NCBI GenBank assembly: GCA_002269645.1
Contig: NIVC01001471.1
Coordinates: forward strand, 186,001 to 250,000
DNA from: Macrostomum lignano
Taxonomy: Eukaryota
DNA length: 64,000 nt
Reading direction: 5' to 3'
Below, piece after piece: positions 24,700 through 37,880 of the stretch. Below the pieces are notes generated by a model, which was given only the letters and a program-made list of their open reading frames with translations, was not told the origin of the DNA and did not search any database. The translations under genes were made by a program, and so were the position numbers. Position 1 is the stretch's first letter. The number at the start of each line of letters is the position of its first letter.

Positions 24700-25769
24700 G
24701 ATGAACCCACTGATGAAGAATATTTGAGCAAATAGCAAAAAACTAATTTTACACCAACTAAACACCAACTTTAGTCTCTCTGGTGACTCTCTTTCTGGCT
24801 AGGGAGAAAGTTTGATGCTTGGATGGAAGCATATACGTAGTACCTGTGTGGCAGGTAAGAAAGTTATTGGTAAAAGGCAAAATCAATGCAAATTGACTGA
24901 CACACAGAATAAATACAAAGTAAGCGTTAAAGACCCGCATTGTTGATAGCATGTGTTTGGAACTGATGAAGTTTACAAAATTCCTGGAGCACTGCAGGTC
25001 AGGAAACTATGCTTGCGAGCGAAGAGAAGAAAGTCAGAACTGAGTTTACTTCAGTTCATTACGGCTCATTTGAAGGACATCTTGGCTGTTTACATGTAGG
25101 TTCTTTTGTTGTAGAAAAACTTGCGAGTCCATGCAGCTCAAGTCTCTTGAAAGCGTGGTGTGCTGTTTCCTCTCTCACTAAGAGACTCAAGACAATCAAT
25201 GGAGACGCCTTCCGCTGTTGTCTTGAAGAGAAACAAAGAGAAAGTAGAATGAAAAACGAAGTTGATGGGGTCAAGAAGCTGCTTGAGCAGATCCGCCACG
25301 TTTTCATTGGTGTCCTTGAGCTGAGTTTTCTTCTTTTTCAACTGCCACTGTATGTTGTTGTCTCGACGACTACCATCAAGGAGCGCATGAGTTTGCTGCT
25401 CGACACGTGATCCTGCGTAGCTGAGTCAGTGCTGGAGTGCTTCTCCAGGCAGGGACTTCTTCTTGTGATGAAGTAAAACAGCAGATGAAGCTGGCAAACA
25501 AACAAGTTTCTATCTTTTCCATGATGTGCGCTCGTATTTGGATTTTTCATTCACTTTCAAAATGCAGCACCGCATGTACGAATTCGGACAGATTCTGTCC
25601 GAACTAGAGAGCTGCGCCATGGACAACTGAGGTGGTATCGAATAGAAGGACTCCCGTACTCTCGATTCTCTTTGAAATAAGAAACAGGATTTTCTCGACA
25701 AAATTTGTCTATGGCGAAACCCCGTTCTCGAGAGCATACAAAATGGCTGCTGGCCGCTCAACAGTTTTA

Positions 25770-27127
25770 TTTATTTTGGTCGTAAGCGGCTGAGGACGCG
25801 TAAATACACGCGTCTGAAGACGATTACGACCATAGATAAGTCAAACAAGTGGGGATTGATGTATTTATTACTCAGTTCGTGTCAAGCAAGAGGAAAGTTA
25901 AGATAAAATCCTGCAACGTACTTACCAACGACTTATCCAACCAAAAAGCCACAATGGAAAGATAGTGCACGGCTTGCAAGTGCAACAACGCCTAGGACCA
26001 CGAGTGCGAGTGTTGGAAGTGACGACGTCAGGCAAGTGTTGGAATGACGACGTCAGTCCAAAATGTCAAGGTTGACGTTCAAGCATCTTCGGCCGATACT
26101 GTTCGACCGGAGCTACATATTCATCTGAGTGGTAGTTTCAGCAATTGCAACTTCAAATTCGATGATCAGTGAGTACTGATGAGTACTGAGTGAGTTACTG
26201 AGTTTTCGAGTTACTACTAGAGCACTGACTACTAGACAAAGAGCTCGTTAAAAATGTTCAACTATTTGCTACGTTTGCTTTTCGTAAAATATAAAGTTTG
26301 TGTTGTTGCATTATTGCACGCTGAAAGCCGCCAGCGTGCATTTTTGGCGCATTATTGCACCCTGATTGTCAATTGTCTATGGTAAAATCTCCATTATTTT
26401 GACTCACTTGTTGGCTAGACTATATGATAATGAGTATTCCTGACGACTTACTTGACTTGACTCTGCCGGACATGGATTTTAATCTTGAAGTGCTCATGGT
26501 GGCCGAAGGCGACAAACAACGTGATGGAGTGGTTTCAAGTCGGCATGCGATGATGAACGAGTTGGAGTTTTATTTGCAACTGAATAAAGCGACACCTGAA
26601 AATACTAAAAAGAAGGCTGATTAGATCGTTGGCGTATTCAAGAATTGGCATGAGCAGAAGAAGACTGCTTGGTCAACGAGTGGTGGTCCATCGTTAATGG
26701 TCCTGAAAGATCTCTCGGAGATGACGAAGCAAGATCTGAATTATCTTCTGAAGTACTTCGTTATGGAAGTACGCAATCAGGATGGAGAACGGTTCACTTC
26801 CACCACTCTGAAAGACTTTTTGTCCATGATTCAATGGTACTGGCGCCGTTAACTCCGAGAGTCCTAGCCCTACGAAGATGCGAATCGAGATCTGTGGCGA
26901 ATCGAATAAGGTCACCATTAATTTCGATTAACAATGCTTGTTTTTCGAGAACTTAATGACGAAAGTGCAGTTCTTCGTTCGTTCTTCGTTTCTTACACGT
27001 TATTTCGTTCAAAATGAAATTCTAAAGTATTCGAGCTAATAAATAATTTATTGGCCCGGCCAAATAAATTTCTTTCGCATCAAATAAAGCTTGTCTTAGT
27101 CTATGACCGGGCCTAACTGGGTAATAA
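25770..27127 (+). mobile_element. Crypton-like (tyrosine recombinase, DUF3504/ZMYM-type) remnants
   Basis: 26582-26860 reads NTKKKAD*IVGVFKNW..KQDLNYLLKYFVMEVRNQDGERFTSTTL. The tail SGSFSNCNFKF* ends at 26172. The end motif CTATGACCGGGCCTAACTGGGTAATAA lies at 27101-27127. Confidence 0.65.
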
Positions 27128-28082
27128 ATGTGATTGAAAGCAGCTTTCTGAATTGTACCTAAACACTACAGAAATGTATGTACCTGCGACTGCGTACCTC
27201 AAAAGGTACGGAATGGATTTTTGCTGATAACGAGCACAGTTTCGAAGTGAAGACTATCGGAGTCCATTCAGGCAAATTGAAAAAGTTTTTACACAAGTTT
27301 TTTAGCAATGTACTTTCTTTAATTCAAAAGCATAAATTAGTATTGGCTAATATCTGAATAATGCCGTTAAAAGATTAAATAATCTAACAAGTTTAAATTA
27401 GTTAGAATTGTTTGGCACATTAAGGTTTCACGCCTGGAGCTGGTCAAATAGAGCCAGGGGTCAGCTTTGATGGCAACTACGAGTATACGAGCGTACTTTG
27501 AATTACATGTAGGTATATAATTCCCGTAAAATTTAACATTAAAGTACATTGTTGTTAGGATGTCGATTGACGACTCCGACGGCGTTCTCCTCCTTTTTGC
27601 TGACATCACCGACATGCTGAAGCGCTGAGCTTAATGTATCAATAATTGTGGTTTGTTAGACAATTATAGAGACATTCTGTTTCTCGTAGTGCCTACGGTT
27701 CACGCCCACGATCGTATTGCTTGGCTAATCCCTAAATAAGTCATCAGAAATCGGGAAACCTAAATCATTTTTTACAGTTTTAAAAAATTAGAACTATAGA
27801 TTTACAGTGCAATGCCATGTGGCATTAACTCTGTCAGGGCGATTTGAACACGAAATATAATTTTATTAAAAACTGCTCAAATTGACTCAAAATTGTAAAA
27901 AAGCTAATTCGAATCCAAGAGTATGTGCTACTCGTAAGCAGCAGACGGTCCATTTGCCCATGCACCTGAGCAACATGACCAATCAGAGTCTGCCAAGCTG
28001 CGAGAGGTTAAACACCGGTATAGCAATTTCCATGCGAATGATGAAGCCCGCACAGCTGGAAAGCTGCTGGTTTACCGCAGGG

Positions 28083-28238
28083 ATGTCGACTGCAAGGGCG
28101 CTCATCCTCTCCCTGCTGAGCCTCGCCTGCCTGCGCAGCCTGCAGTCCTGCCAGCCGCCCTACCAGTCCGTGTCCGGCTTCTGCCTGCTCGTGAACACCA
28201 CAGCCGCAGTCGGCTGGTGCCAGGCAGCTCGTCTGTGC
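28083..28238 (+). pseudogene. Lectin-PAN family, 5' half of exon 1 only, truncated by an insertion
   Basis: Near-identical to copy 1 exon 1 from ATG to CGTCTGTGC, then an abrupt switch to unrelated sequence. Confidence 0.85.
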
Positions 28239-28717
28239 TCACGCGTAATATGCACGTGACTGACACTCGTGAAACACGTTTTGTGTCCCTTCTTTACGCG
28301 AATATACGCGTGTAAGAATACGCACAGAATACACGAGTGAGTTACGCGCTCAAAAAGCGCGCTTTACACACATTGAACATGAATAATACGCGCAATAAAC
28401 GGATAGAAAGTTGTCGGGGCAGCGCTGACAGCGCAGACAACAGGAGCCTCGTCGATAGAGTAGGACCCGGGATTAGGCCAGAATTGGGAAAACTTCTCCG
28501 TACTCGATTCAGTGGTTTCTTGACCGGTTCTTTCATATTTCCTATCTGCCGCGCATCACAGGACGGAGTGATTAAATCCAAAACAGGAAAACTGACGCAG
28601 GAGTGCCAGAAAGCACAAACATATAGAATTCGCCTGGCTAAATTCATACTACGAGTATGAGTCTTATAAGCTCAGGTCCTCGTCAAAAAAGGTCCTCACA
28701 GCCCTCAGTTTGCTCAG

Positions 28718-28981
28718 TATGGCGCCCCTGTAGTGTATAATATGGCGCCCCTGTAGTGTATAATATGGCGCCCCTGTAGTGCATAATATGGCGCCCCTAT
28801 AGTGCATAATATGGCGCCCCTGTAGTGTATAATATGGCGCCCCTGCAGTGTATAATATGGCGCCCCTGCAGTGTATAATATGGCGCCCCTGTAGTGTATA
28901 ATATGGCGCCCCTGTAGTGTATAATATGGCGCCCCTGTGGTGTATAATATGGCGCCCCTGTAGTGTATAATATGGCGCCCC
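28718..28981. repeat. 23-bp minisatellite (TATGGCGCCCCTGTAGTGTATAA), about 11.5 copies, ending near a MITE-like TAAATCCGCCTCTG end
   Basis: Direct reading. Confidence 0.92.
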
Positions 28982-29544
28982 ACTCTTGTGGTGAAAATAC
29001 GCCCCCCTTATTTTTTTATTTCTAAATCCGCCTCTGGCGAACAGTGTTTTAAATTAATAGAATAAACAATAGCAATTCAGAGGTCTACTAACAGAGAGGG
29101 TATAGAAAACGCACGATAGATGTATATCAGCCTGAAATTCAGTGAATTGATAAGCCCATTAACAGACAGCTGCTGTAACGGCTTCCGCTGCCTGGATTTC
29201 CTGGTATTTTCAGAATGAATCTAAATAACAAGCCGTAGATCGTTGCTCAGCGTCACATGAGAAGAGACAGATCTGCTTCTTTTATCGTATACCAATCAAT
29301 CGTCATGGAATGTTTTCCTTACATCTCTGCTTCCATTGCTGCTTTTGTGTGCTATAATTTACTGTATTGATTAAAAAGCATTGTAAAACACGGATAATGG
29401 GTATGAAAAAACAACTGAATTTTTAGGTTAGAATTAGAATGGCCCTGTCGAACATAAAAGACTCATTGGAGAATTGCTAAGATGTTAAGGATTACAGGGG
29501 CTGCTGAGAATCCAAGGGTCAATTTCAATTTATCAATTCAATTC

Positions 29545-29950
29545 CGCGTCATGCCATTGAATGTTAAAAATGCGCCTGCAAACAGTTCAACGTCTCATGG
29601 ACATGGTGTTGCGCGGACCTAAATGGAAAGCCTGTCTTGTATATGTAGATGACATTGTAGTCATGGGCAGGTCATTACAAGAGTATAATAAGAACCTTGA
29701 AAAAGTCCTAAAACGTCTTAAAGAGGCTAATGTTCGTTTAAAGCCCAGTAAATGTCTCCTTGCCTCGAAATCCCGGCCATAAATATACTAAGCTATAAAA
29801 TACTCCAGGTGGTATTGCAGTCGACGAAGAGAAGGTACAAGTGATTACTACTTGGCCTCGACCACGAACTGTGAAAGAGGTGCAAAGGTTACTAGGGCTT
29901 GAATCTTACCATCGCAAATTAATACAAAACTTTTCCTCATTAGCCGAAAT
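29545..29950 (+). mobile_element. Gypsy-type reverse transcriptase fragment, frameshifted
   Basis: FRVMP..NAPA / QRLMDMVLRG..CLVYVDDIVV..LKPSKC / AVDEEKVQVITTWPRPRTVKEVQRLLGL. Confidence 0.85.
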
Positions 29951-30399
29951 GTAATTTCGAGTTTTTGGAAAATATGAATTAATGCGTATTTTACCAACCC
30001 AATTCATTATTTGTTTTTGACTCAAATATTGCAATATTGTCACACAGCTTTGATGTCCTGAAATGTAATGAAATGAAGTGAAAAGACTTGAAAAACTTGA
30101 TAAACTTCCAAATACCCGTTGAAAACGAGGGTTAATATTGGGGTTTAATTAACTAATAGCATAAAGGTTAATAAACTTTCAAGCAACAGTAAATTTCATC
30201 ACGCTATTGACGTTTATTAACGTAAATTAACTGACGCCGCTGCTGCGCTGGTGAAATAAATTTCTGCAAATTAACCTCCCGCGAAATCCTTCAGGGAGAA
30301 AATTTACTCCTAAAGGTTAATTTACCTAGCCGGCACCATGCGCGTTCAGCAGGTTAGCTTACTTTGCCAAAGTAAATTTACTTTCTCGTTTCATTTACT

Positions 30400-31465
30400 T
30401 TACAGATGAGTAAATGTACTCCGTCGTTTGATTCACTGTGTTCGATTTGTCATGTAGATCACGAATGACGTCATGTACGTGAATCCCAGAGCGGATTTTG
30501 CTAAATGTAAATTCAATACCGTCAGGAACGGCTCTGTCTCCTGGCCGGCTGCCACATTGCATCTTGGCACAGCGTCGGCGGCATTGGCGGCCTGTGGTAC
30601 AGTGGCACCAGGAGCGCCCCTCTGGGTGGTACCACGATTGCGTGGCGCCAGCTGGTTGCCACTTGTACCTGCTGGTAAGATACTTAAAAACGTCCGAGAA
30701 TGTCCCCTGCGGGATATTCCCGGCGAACTGGCCGACAAAGCCACGGATGGCCGCCATCTTGCGCACGTTCGGCTGAACTCCACGGCGTTTTCTTCTGCGG
30801 TTGATCAGTTACCTGGCCACGGGCATTGCCATCAATACTTCTTTCTACCAGCTGCTTGATCTGCTCCATGATGGGGCCTTCGGCATTTGCAAGGCGTTCG
30901 CGGAGTTCCTGCATCGCGGCTAACGCCTCCTGCTCAGCCTGTTCAGCACTCTCCCTGGCAGCTGCTGCTCGGAGAGTGAATCTGCTCTTGGCGAATTTTT
31001 GGCGAGTTTGGCGAATCTGCTGCTCGACATCTTCCAGCTGCTGCTCGCTGGTGTCTAAGCGGCAAAGTAGGTCACTAATCCGCGCATCCTTAGCTCGCAT
31101 TTCGCCTTTGAGCTCCGCGATGGACGCATCCCGGATACGAAGTTGCCTGTTGAGCTCGACAATCGATGCATCGTCGGTCATGCTGGCGCGAGCAGCACAG
31201 GTGGTCAGGCCAGTACCCTGGTCAGGCCAGTACAGGCAGCTTGTCGGGAGCTCAACGTCGCTGGAGGGAGCGAGCTGAAGCGACCGCAGCCTGTCCGGAT
31301 GATGGTGGCCTCGAAGCGAGTCACTTTTAGGGTGACGATCTTGGCCCGCACCACCTGGACCTTGCTGCCCACTTCAGTTGGCACTGGATCAGGGTGCACA
31401 ATGCGGGATAGTGCGACACTCTCCAGGCGATTATTTGCCACGTATCGAACAATAACGTACAGCAT
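30400..31465 (-). pseudogene. Fragmented gene for a coiled-coil protein with a possible BEN-like C-terminus, probably transposon-borne
   Basis: ORF 30684..31181 is heptad-rich; the shifted frame gives PNVRKMAAIRGFVGQF..FKYLTSRYK; it lies inside the insertion following the truncated lectin. Confidence 0.35.
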
Positions 31466-32438
31466 TGCTCGGTATTAGCTGTAATGCAGTAGTTGAAAGA
31501 GTGTAGTTAACCGCTTTAGGTACATGCGAAACGTCTACATTTATCAGGCTAAATTATGTGATCTAATCTGTGCAACCAAAGGCTACGAAAACTAAGACAG
31601 CAGCAACCATTAACAGCTACAATTACAATCAATGACATCACTGAATGACACTGTGTAAATGGTCGCAATGGAAATAATATCCGCGGCCCGGATATATCGT
31701 AACAGATTACGCTCGTATTAAACATTGCTGATATCCGTCGAAGTACAGTGTAAGTTACGCCAAATTCTAGAAGTATCGTATTTCTATGATTCTACTGTAA
31801 GTAGCATCGATAGTTATTTCGTTACTGTTACTTTATTTGGTACTTTGTTACTGCATATGGACGTGCATAAGACAGTTCATGTGTTCCTTTTGCAACGATC
31901 CCTTGTGAATACGTTATTCCCGGTGTATCCGCTTATAAGCGCCTCTGCCCACCCACTTTTCGGTTGTGTGTAATTGTGAGCGCCTCTTGAACTGATATAC
32001 GAAGGCTTTCGACAAGTGCGTTTCCCGAGTACCTATGTATTTTGTGGTTGATACATGTGTTAAGCATGTTTTGTAGTAGAAAAATTATCGTTGTTTGTAA
32101 TTCTGATGAGTATTTTTTTAGTTGGACAGTAAAGTATTTTTGTACTGTATAGCGTCTAGTGTAATCTAGTCAACAATGAGGTCAATGCATTTTCGTAGTA
32201 ATGATGTTACAGTGTGGTTCGTTAAAGGCATGTATCATATCGTTTTTCATCGTATTTCATATCGCACGCATACCGAACTACTTGTAATCATTCATTCATT
32301 TTAACAATATTCTATATGTAATGCGCTTATGCTCCTTTTGTATTTGTAGATATTTGTCGCCTCGCATGTATTTATTATATTATTTATATTTTATGCACAA
32401 CGCCATTACACGCGTAATTCGTACTGCGTCAGAGACTT

Positions 32439-32553
32439 GGAGGCGAGCTAGCTGGAGATGGAGCCGACCGCCATCCGGGGAAGCTGCGCTGTTCGCCATG
32501 GTGAACCTGTGGGTCGGCGATACCGACATGTTGGACAAGCGACTCACCGGCAG
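32439..32553 (+). pseudogene. Degenerate 3' half of lectin exon 1, with donor site
   Basis: GGAGGCGAGCT..ATGGAGCCG..CCATCCGGG..CTGTGGGTCGGCG..ACCGACATG..CAG|GT aligns to exon 1 of the intact copies with indels. Confidence 0.7.
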
Positions 32554-33155
32554 GTATGGCTTTTAACGTCAACAGTAGGATTTTAATTACAACTGTTATT
32601 GTAAACTTTTTGCAAACATTATTAGGGACTATCAACACAATCCAGCGATCTGTTTTTAGAAAAAAACTTTCGCTGTTCGATAAATTTAGAACAAGGATGA
32701 CATGCTGGCTCTACAAAGTGGTCTCGAGCACCGCAGGCAGGATGAGCGACGTCTGGGCAGGGCAGGCAGAGAAGTAGAGGAGAGAGCGTTGCAGGAGATG
32801 GAGTCCTCACGTGACGCTTCACTCAATTTTCACTCAAAAATCCGACCCACTGGCAGAATTGTTGAATATCTCAACAGTCCGGAAAACTGACGACTTGATT
32901 CTTGTTTAATAAGGTTTGCAACGAGACCAAGGAACACAGCAATATAGTAAGTTAGATTCTGCCGAATTCTATGAGCGTTGTGCTATATCAGCCAATCAGG
33001 ATGAGCGATACGGGTGACAATGAGGAAAGTGTTTCTGAGCCGAATTCAATTGGACATTGGGGTTTCCAATGGAATTTGGATTTAAACAGAAGCCCGATAC
33101 GCTTTCAAGGCTGCAGAGTCTCCTGAAGTTTTTAATAACATTTAACTCTGAAATG

Positions 33156-34043
33156 ATGTCGACACCAAGGGCGCTCCTTCTCGCCCTGCTGAGCCTCGCC
33201 TGCCTGCGCAGCCTGCAGTCCTGCCAGCCGCCCTACCAGTCCGTGTCCGGCTTCTGCCTGCTCGTGAACACCACAGCCGCAGTCGGCTGGTGCCAGGCAG
33301 CTCGTCTGTGCCAGGCCGTCGGAGGCGAGCTGGTGATGGAGCCGGCCGCCATCCGGGCAGCTGCGCCGTTCACCACGGGATCGGTGAACCTGTGGGTCGG
33401 CGTCACCGACATGCTGGAGGAGCGGCTCACCAGCAGGTGAGGCAGTCAGCATCGAGTATAGAGTGTTTCTACCTCAAAGCTAATTTAGCGCCACTTTTTG
33501 CGGAAGAAAAAACTCCAGAAAATCTCATCTGAATGCTCTTTCATTAGTCTTCGATGCGTAAAGATGACTATAGCTTAAATATTATAGCTGATCTGATATT
33601 CTCATCTTCTCAGGAGCGGCTGGCGCATGGCCAATGGAAGCGAATTTTTTGTCCCAAACTCTTACTGGAAATCTGGCTGGCCAGATAATGGAGGCAGCTC
33701 AGATGACATGCTGGCTCTAAGAAAAGGTTTGCTTCACGACTTTGTCTCATCCAATCTGATCGGATTTGTCTGCCAGCCCGTGGCGACGCCGAACAGCGGA
33801 ACCTTCCGTCGGACCAGCTTCCTGCAGCTGGGCGACATCACGCCCTACTACTGCTACACGGAGGTGCAGTCGGTGCAGCGCAGGCTGCTCTGCGTTCGCC
33901 AGTGCGCTGCCCGCTGGGAGTGTCGGGCGGCTCTGTTCAACCGGGCCGAGTCTCGCTGCCGCATGCTGGACTTCGCCGACGCGAGCGCGGGCGACGCCAT
34001 CGAGAAGAGCGGCGCTTGGGAGAAGTTCGTCAAGGTCTACTGA
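33156..34043 (+). CDS. C-type lectin + PAN protein, second intact copy; join(33156..33436,33614..34043), 236 aa (alternative in-frame ATG at 33153)
   Basis: Same exon lengths (281+430) and domain pattern as copy 1. Confidence 0.88.
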
Positions 34044-37000
34044 GAGAAATTGCGTTGGCTAGAATGGCTACTTGAATTAAAACAACTCTTGACCCACAGG
34101 AGAGCAGCTTTAACCAAAACTGGCAGAAACTGAACTCGAGTGCGCAATGCTAGCTCGAACGTAGGAGCAAAATACCACAAGCTTACTAAAGGCAAAAGGC
34201 CGTATTCACAACTTCTAGATTGTTTGTTCCAACATTAATTTTTATTTGATCTCAAATTTACATTTCTACTATCACAGCTCAGTTAGAAACATGGATAAGC
34301 GTTTGCAGTGCAACAGCGTGGTTTCACAGTGGAATATCAACCTTCTGCTGAGGGAAGAAGGCACTTTGTGAATATTCGACGGCATTACTCAAATGTTCTC
34401 ACATTCATTTTAAATAACAGGGAGTTAATCAGAGCGAAATTATTGAGTTTTTATAACTCAAATGCGCACGCATCTTAGGCTTGGACTCATAGTTCAGACT
34501 AATTTAGATGAATGAATTAAAGAGACGAGTGTATTTGTATTTTACGCTTTATATTCTCATGCATTTCATTGTTAGTTCCCGAATTTCAGTCTCGGTGCGA
34601 ATGTAAAAAGTATTTAGAAAATGAAGTTTCCAAGTTGTTGCTTGGAAAAGTTGTTGAGCACACGGCCTGCTGTATCTGTGGCAACTTTCTCTAATTTCCA
34701 AATATTTGCACGAGTACCATGTGTATCGAATTTTCTTCTAGAAGTTTCACTGTGCCTGGGTACCAGCGCGAGGCATCACTCAAGTTTAGCAGTAAGCGAA
34801 TGAGGAGTTTGCTTTTCTACTTTTTTACGGAAGCTGAGGCGTATGCTTCACGTGATGGCAATGAGGCAAAGACATTGTCATGGCGTGAATAATCGCTAAA
34901 GCTTTTTTGAGCCCACAGAGGAAGACAAATATTGATTTAATTGCACTGGGTGTGAAGGAGAGTTTTCGGAGTCAACCACAGTCAGCGATCTGAGAGACTT
35001 TCTCAAGACACTCGCCAGGAAGTTTCACTTCCGGTAGTAATATGTTGACTCAGTGTTGGTGTTATAAACGCAGTAGTGTAGCTGATTGAGTATATTTCTT
35101 AGTCAACAAGCAACACAGTTAAGAGAGGATGAAGCCAGAGGGCGAAAGCGATTTGATCGCTATAGCAGTTTCAGACATGGACAAAGGCTATACAGTATCG
35201 TCCGAGAAAAATCTAGAATTGGGGAAACTAAAGGCAGTCACTATAATTAGCATAGATACGAACTGCAATTTACAATTAATGGCAGGCACAAGCATGAATT
35301 CGCTCTATTTCTTCTGGGGTAGGGCGATGCATAGACATCAGCAATCGGTAGCGTGCAACAAACGAAACGAAAATCAACTGGGAAAGTCGACGAATGCGTT
35401 GAATTGTCAGCAATCGCTCTTCTTGAGGCCGAAATAGTAGTAACGTAGGTATTCGTAGAGCTTCCACGAATCCATAATGACGCAGTCGTCCTCCGTATGC
35501 TCCCATTAGAAAGGACTTGAAGTATCCACCGTGGCGCATCATCTGCTCGTGAGTCGTCTTTGGCAGAGACCTTAACTCCACGGCGTCCAAGTCGATTGCC
35601 GCATGTTCAACTGGAAGCTCCGGCAATGGTCCATATCACCAGGGTTGGTCAGCCATTCGATAAAGTTGAAAAGCTCCTCGTCATCCTGGTGGTCATCCTG
35701 GTCATCCTTGGCACTCAGTTCAGATATCAGCTGGCTTAACTCGCTACTTGTCACACCGTTGAGCGAATCCACCGGGAGATTGGCCCCAGTTGATGAGAGC
35801 CATGTTTAATAGGAATAGCTGAGGGGTAGGAGAAGCTCTCGACGCCATGGACCTGCTGTGCCATTTCGAATAGCTTTATAATTTTTTTCCTTATTTCCTT
35901 ACTGTTACATTGGATGAGAGTTACGAGGAATAGAAGTGTACAAAGCTACAAAAAGTAACTTGACATTTTTTACTCTTCACTTTTTGACCACGCTCGAAAC
36001 TTGCCCCTCACTTATTCAAAGTTCAATCGCTTTATACTTAGTTGTCTTGTTCCTTAACTTTTGCAACAATTTGTTATTTGTTTCAATCACTGCCTCCTTC
36101 AATTCTCTCTACATAATCAGTCAAGTACAAAAAATACAAACTAATTGCTGGTCTATCAAGAGGCAAAGTTTGTTTACCAGGCAAAAGACGCAAATGTAAT
36201 GTCAGGCCATGTTACTTGTATGTCTTTAAAATAGTGCATTCTTTTCCTATGCGCGTTAATCCGTGACTTTGGAATTTCCCCTGCGTACAAGCTGCAGCCA
36301 GTAAGAACTTAAGGGGGGACTATTATTAAATTCCAGCAGCCAATGAAATTCATGGGGGGAATATCCCAATTTTTAGGGAGTCTTGGCCATAGACTCGCTT
36401 TTAGATGAGCGATCCTTTCTCTTCCTTCATCCATGTGTGCGATCCGAATATAACGCCTTATCTCCGCCGGAGATAATGTTAGGTTAATATGAAGCACGAA
36501 TTCAAGTTAATGGCCAAGGGCACGAGTGCGCGTAGCATAGCAGTGCGCGTTGTTCGATTCATGCATAAATTGAGCGAGAAGGCTGGGCTATCAAAGATGT
36601 ATTCCAACCATCGCATCAGGTAGTACGACTAATTTTTTTGATCTCGAAAATAACAGATCTTAGATTTTTTATTTATCTGAGAGAAAACATTGTAAACCAC
36701 ATGCATTAGTAATGTAATCGTCATTGATCATATTATCTTACTGTCGGCTGCTGCAGACGGTCGCGCTGATGTGCCTGCGGTGGAACATGAGCGTTTGTGC
36801 GTGTCACATTCCGGGTGAATTTCAGATTTTTGCCGATGCCACCATGAGCGCAGTCAGCTGCTTAAATTTTTTATTCGCTGCTACAATTTCGTTTGGCCAT
36901 ATGTTTTAAATTCACTGTATCGATAGGCTTTTGTCTCGGCCGAAAGCGGCTGGTGTCACCAGTTTTGCTGGTTGAGATTCGGCGACGAGTGGACGAAACT

Positions 37001-37775
37001 GATGGTCACCAGCTCATGAAACTTCATCCAAGGTTCATGAAACTTGCACTGTTCTATCAGAAATTTTTCGATGACTGTACAGTGGCAAAAAACCTGCTCA
37101 ATGCCAAAAGGATTAAGTACCAGGGTACTTGAAAGCATAACTTTTGCAATGCTAAAATAGAATTTTCGACTATGATTTTCAAAGCAAAAAACCTAAAGAC
37201 TGAATTCTGATTTTGATAAAATTGTTTCTGTGTTCAAATGTAGTGCATGCGCCCTTGTCTGTTTGGGGCTGGCTGGGTTGGCGGGCGTGGCAGGGTCTGG
37301 CCGGCGACCGGGCTTTGCGCGTGCCCCTCCCCAGCCATGCGTCCTGCCCCGTGCTCAGGGCTGGTTGGCTGCGGCCGGGCCGGCTTTGACGCGGGTGCGC
37401 CCCCCCCCAGGCGGGATTTTGATTGGCTGGCCAGTGCGTCCAGTCTATTTATCCTTTCGTGCTCTATTTTGCTCGGCTCAGCCTGTGGGGCCGTCTTCCC
37501 CCCCCCCACCCAGGTCTGTGGTGGTATTTATTAACCCCCCCCCCTCACTTCGTACTGCGACATTGAGAAAAGAATTGTTTTTCTTCTAATAAGAAATTTA
37601 GTTAAAACAATTTTTCAAGTTGTACGACACCACAAATAAATCGACAACGACCCAAAAGGGCAAGCAGAGCAAGCCAAAAGCCAGCTTAAACGCGCATCTG
37701 ATAACCCGGCCACTGGTAAGCCGCCTGCTTGAGTTCAGTCTTTTCTGGGAAGCTTGTTAGGCTGCAGGGAGTTTT

Positions 37776-37880
37776 GGCCAGAGCGTCATAACGCCTGTCA
37801 GTAACAGTGTCACCATTGGCAGAGCGTCACAACGCCTGTCAGTAACAGTATCACCATTGGCAGAGCGTCACAACGCCTGC
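37776..37880. repeat. 41-bp tandem repeat, about 2.5 copies
   Basis: GGCAGAGCGTCACAACGCCTGTCAGTAACAGTATCACCATT. Confidence 0.85.

Noticed and set aside
23748-24768. Antisense and alternate-frame ORFs over the lectin exons (also at 33.1-34.1 and 43.4-44.5 kb)
   Set aside because: These are expected by-products of very high GC3 coding sequence, with no independent motifs.
25059-25761. THAP-domain gene on the minus strand (LFVCQLH motif)
   Set aside because: Only a partial motif; the N-terminal Cys pattern and conserved Trp could not be placed in a consistent frame.
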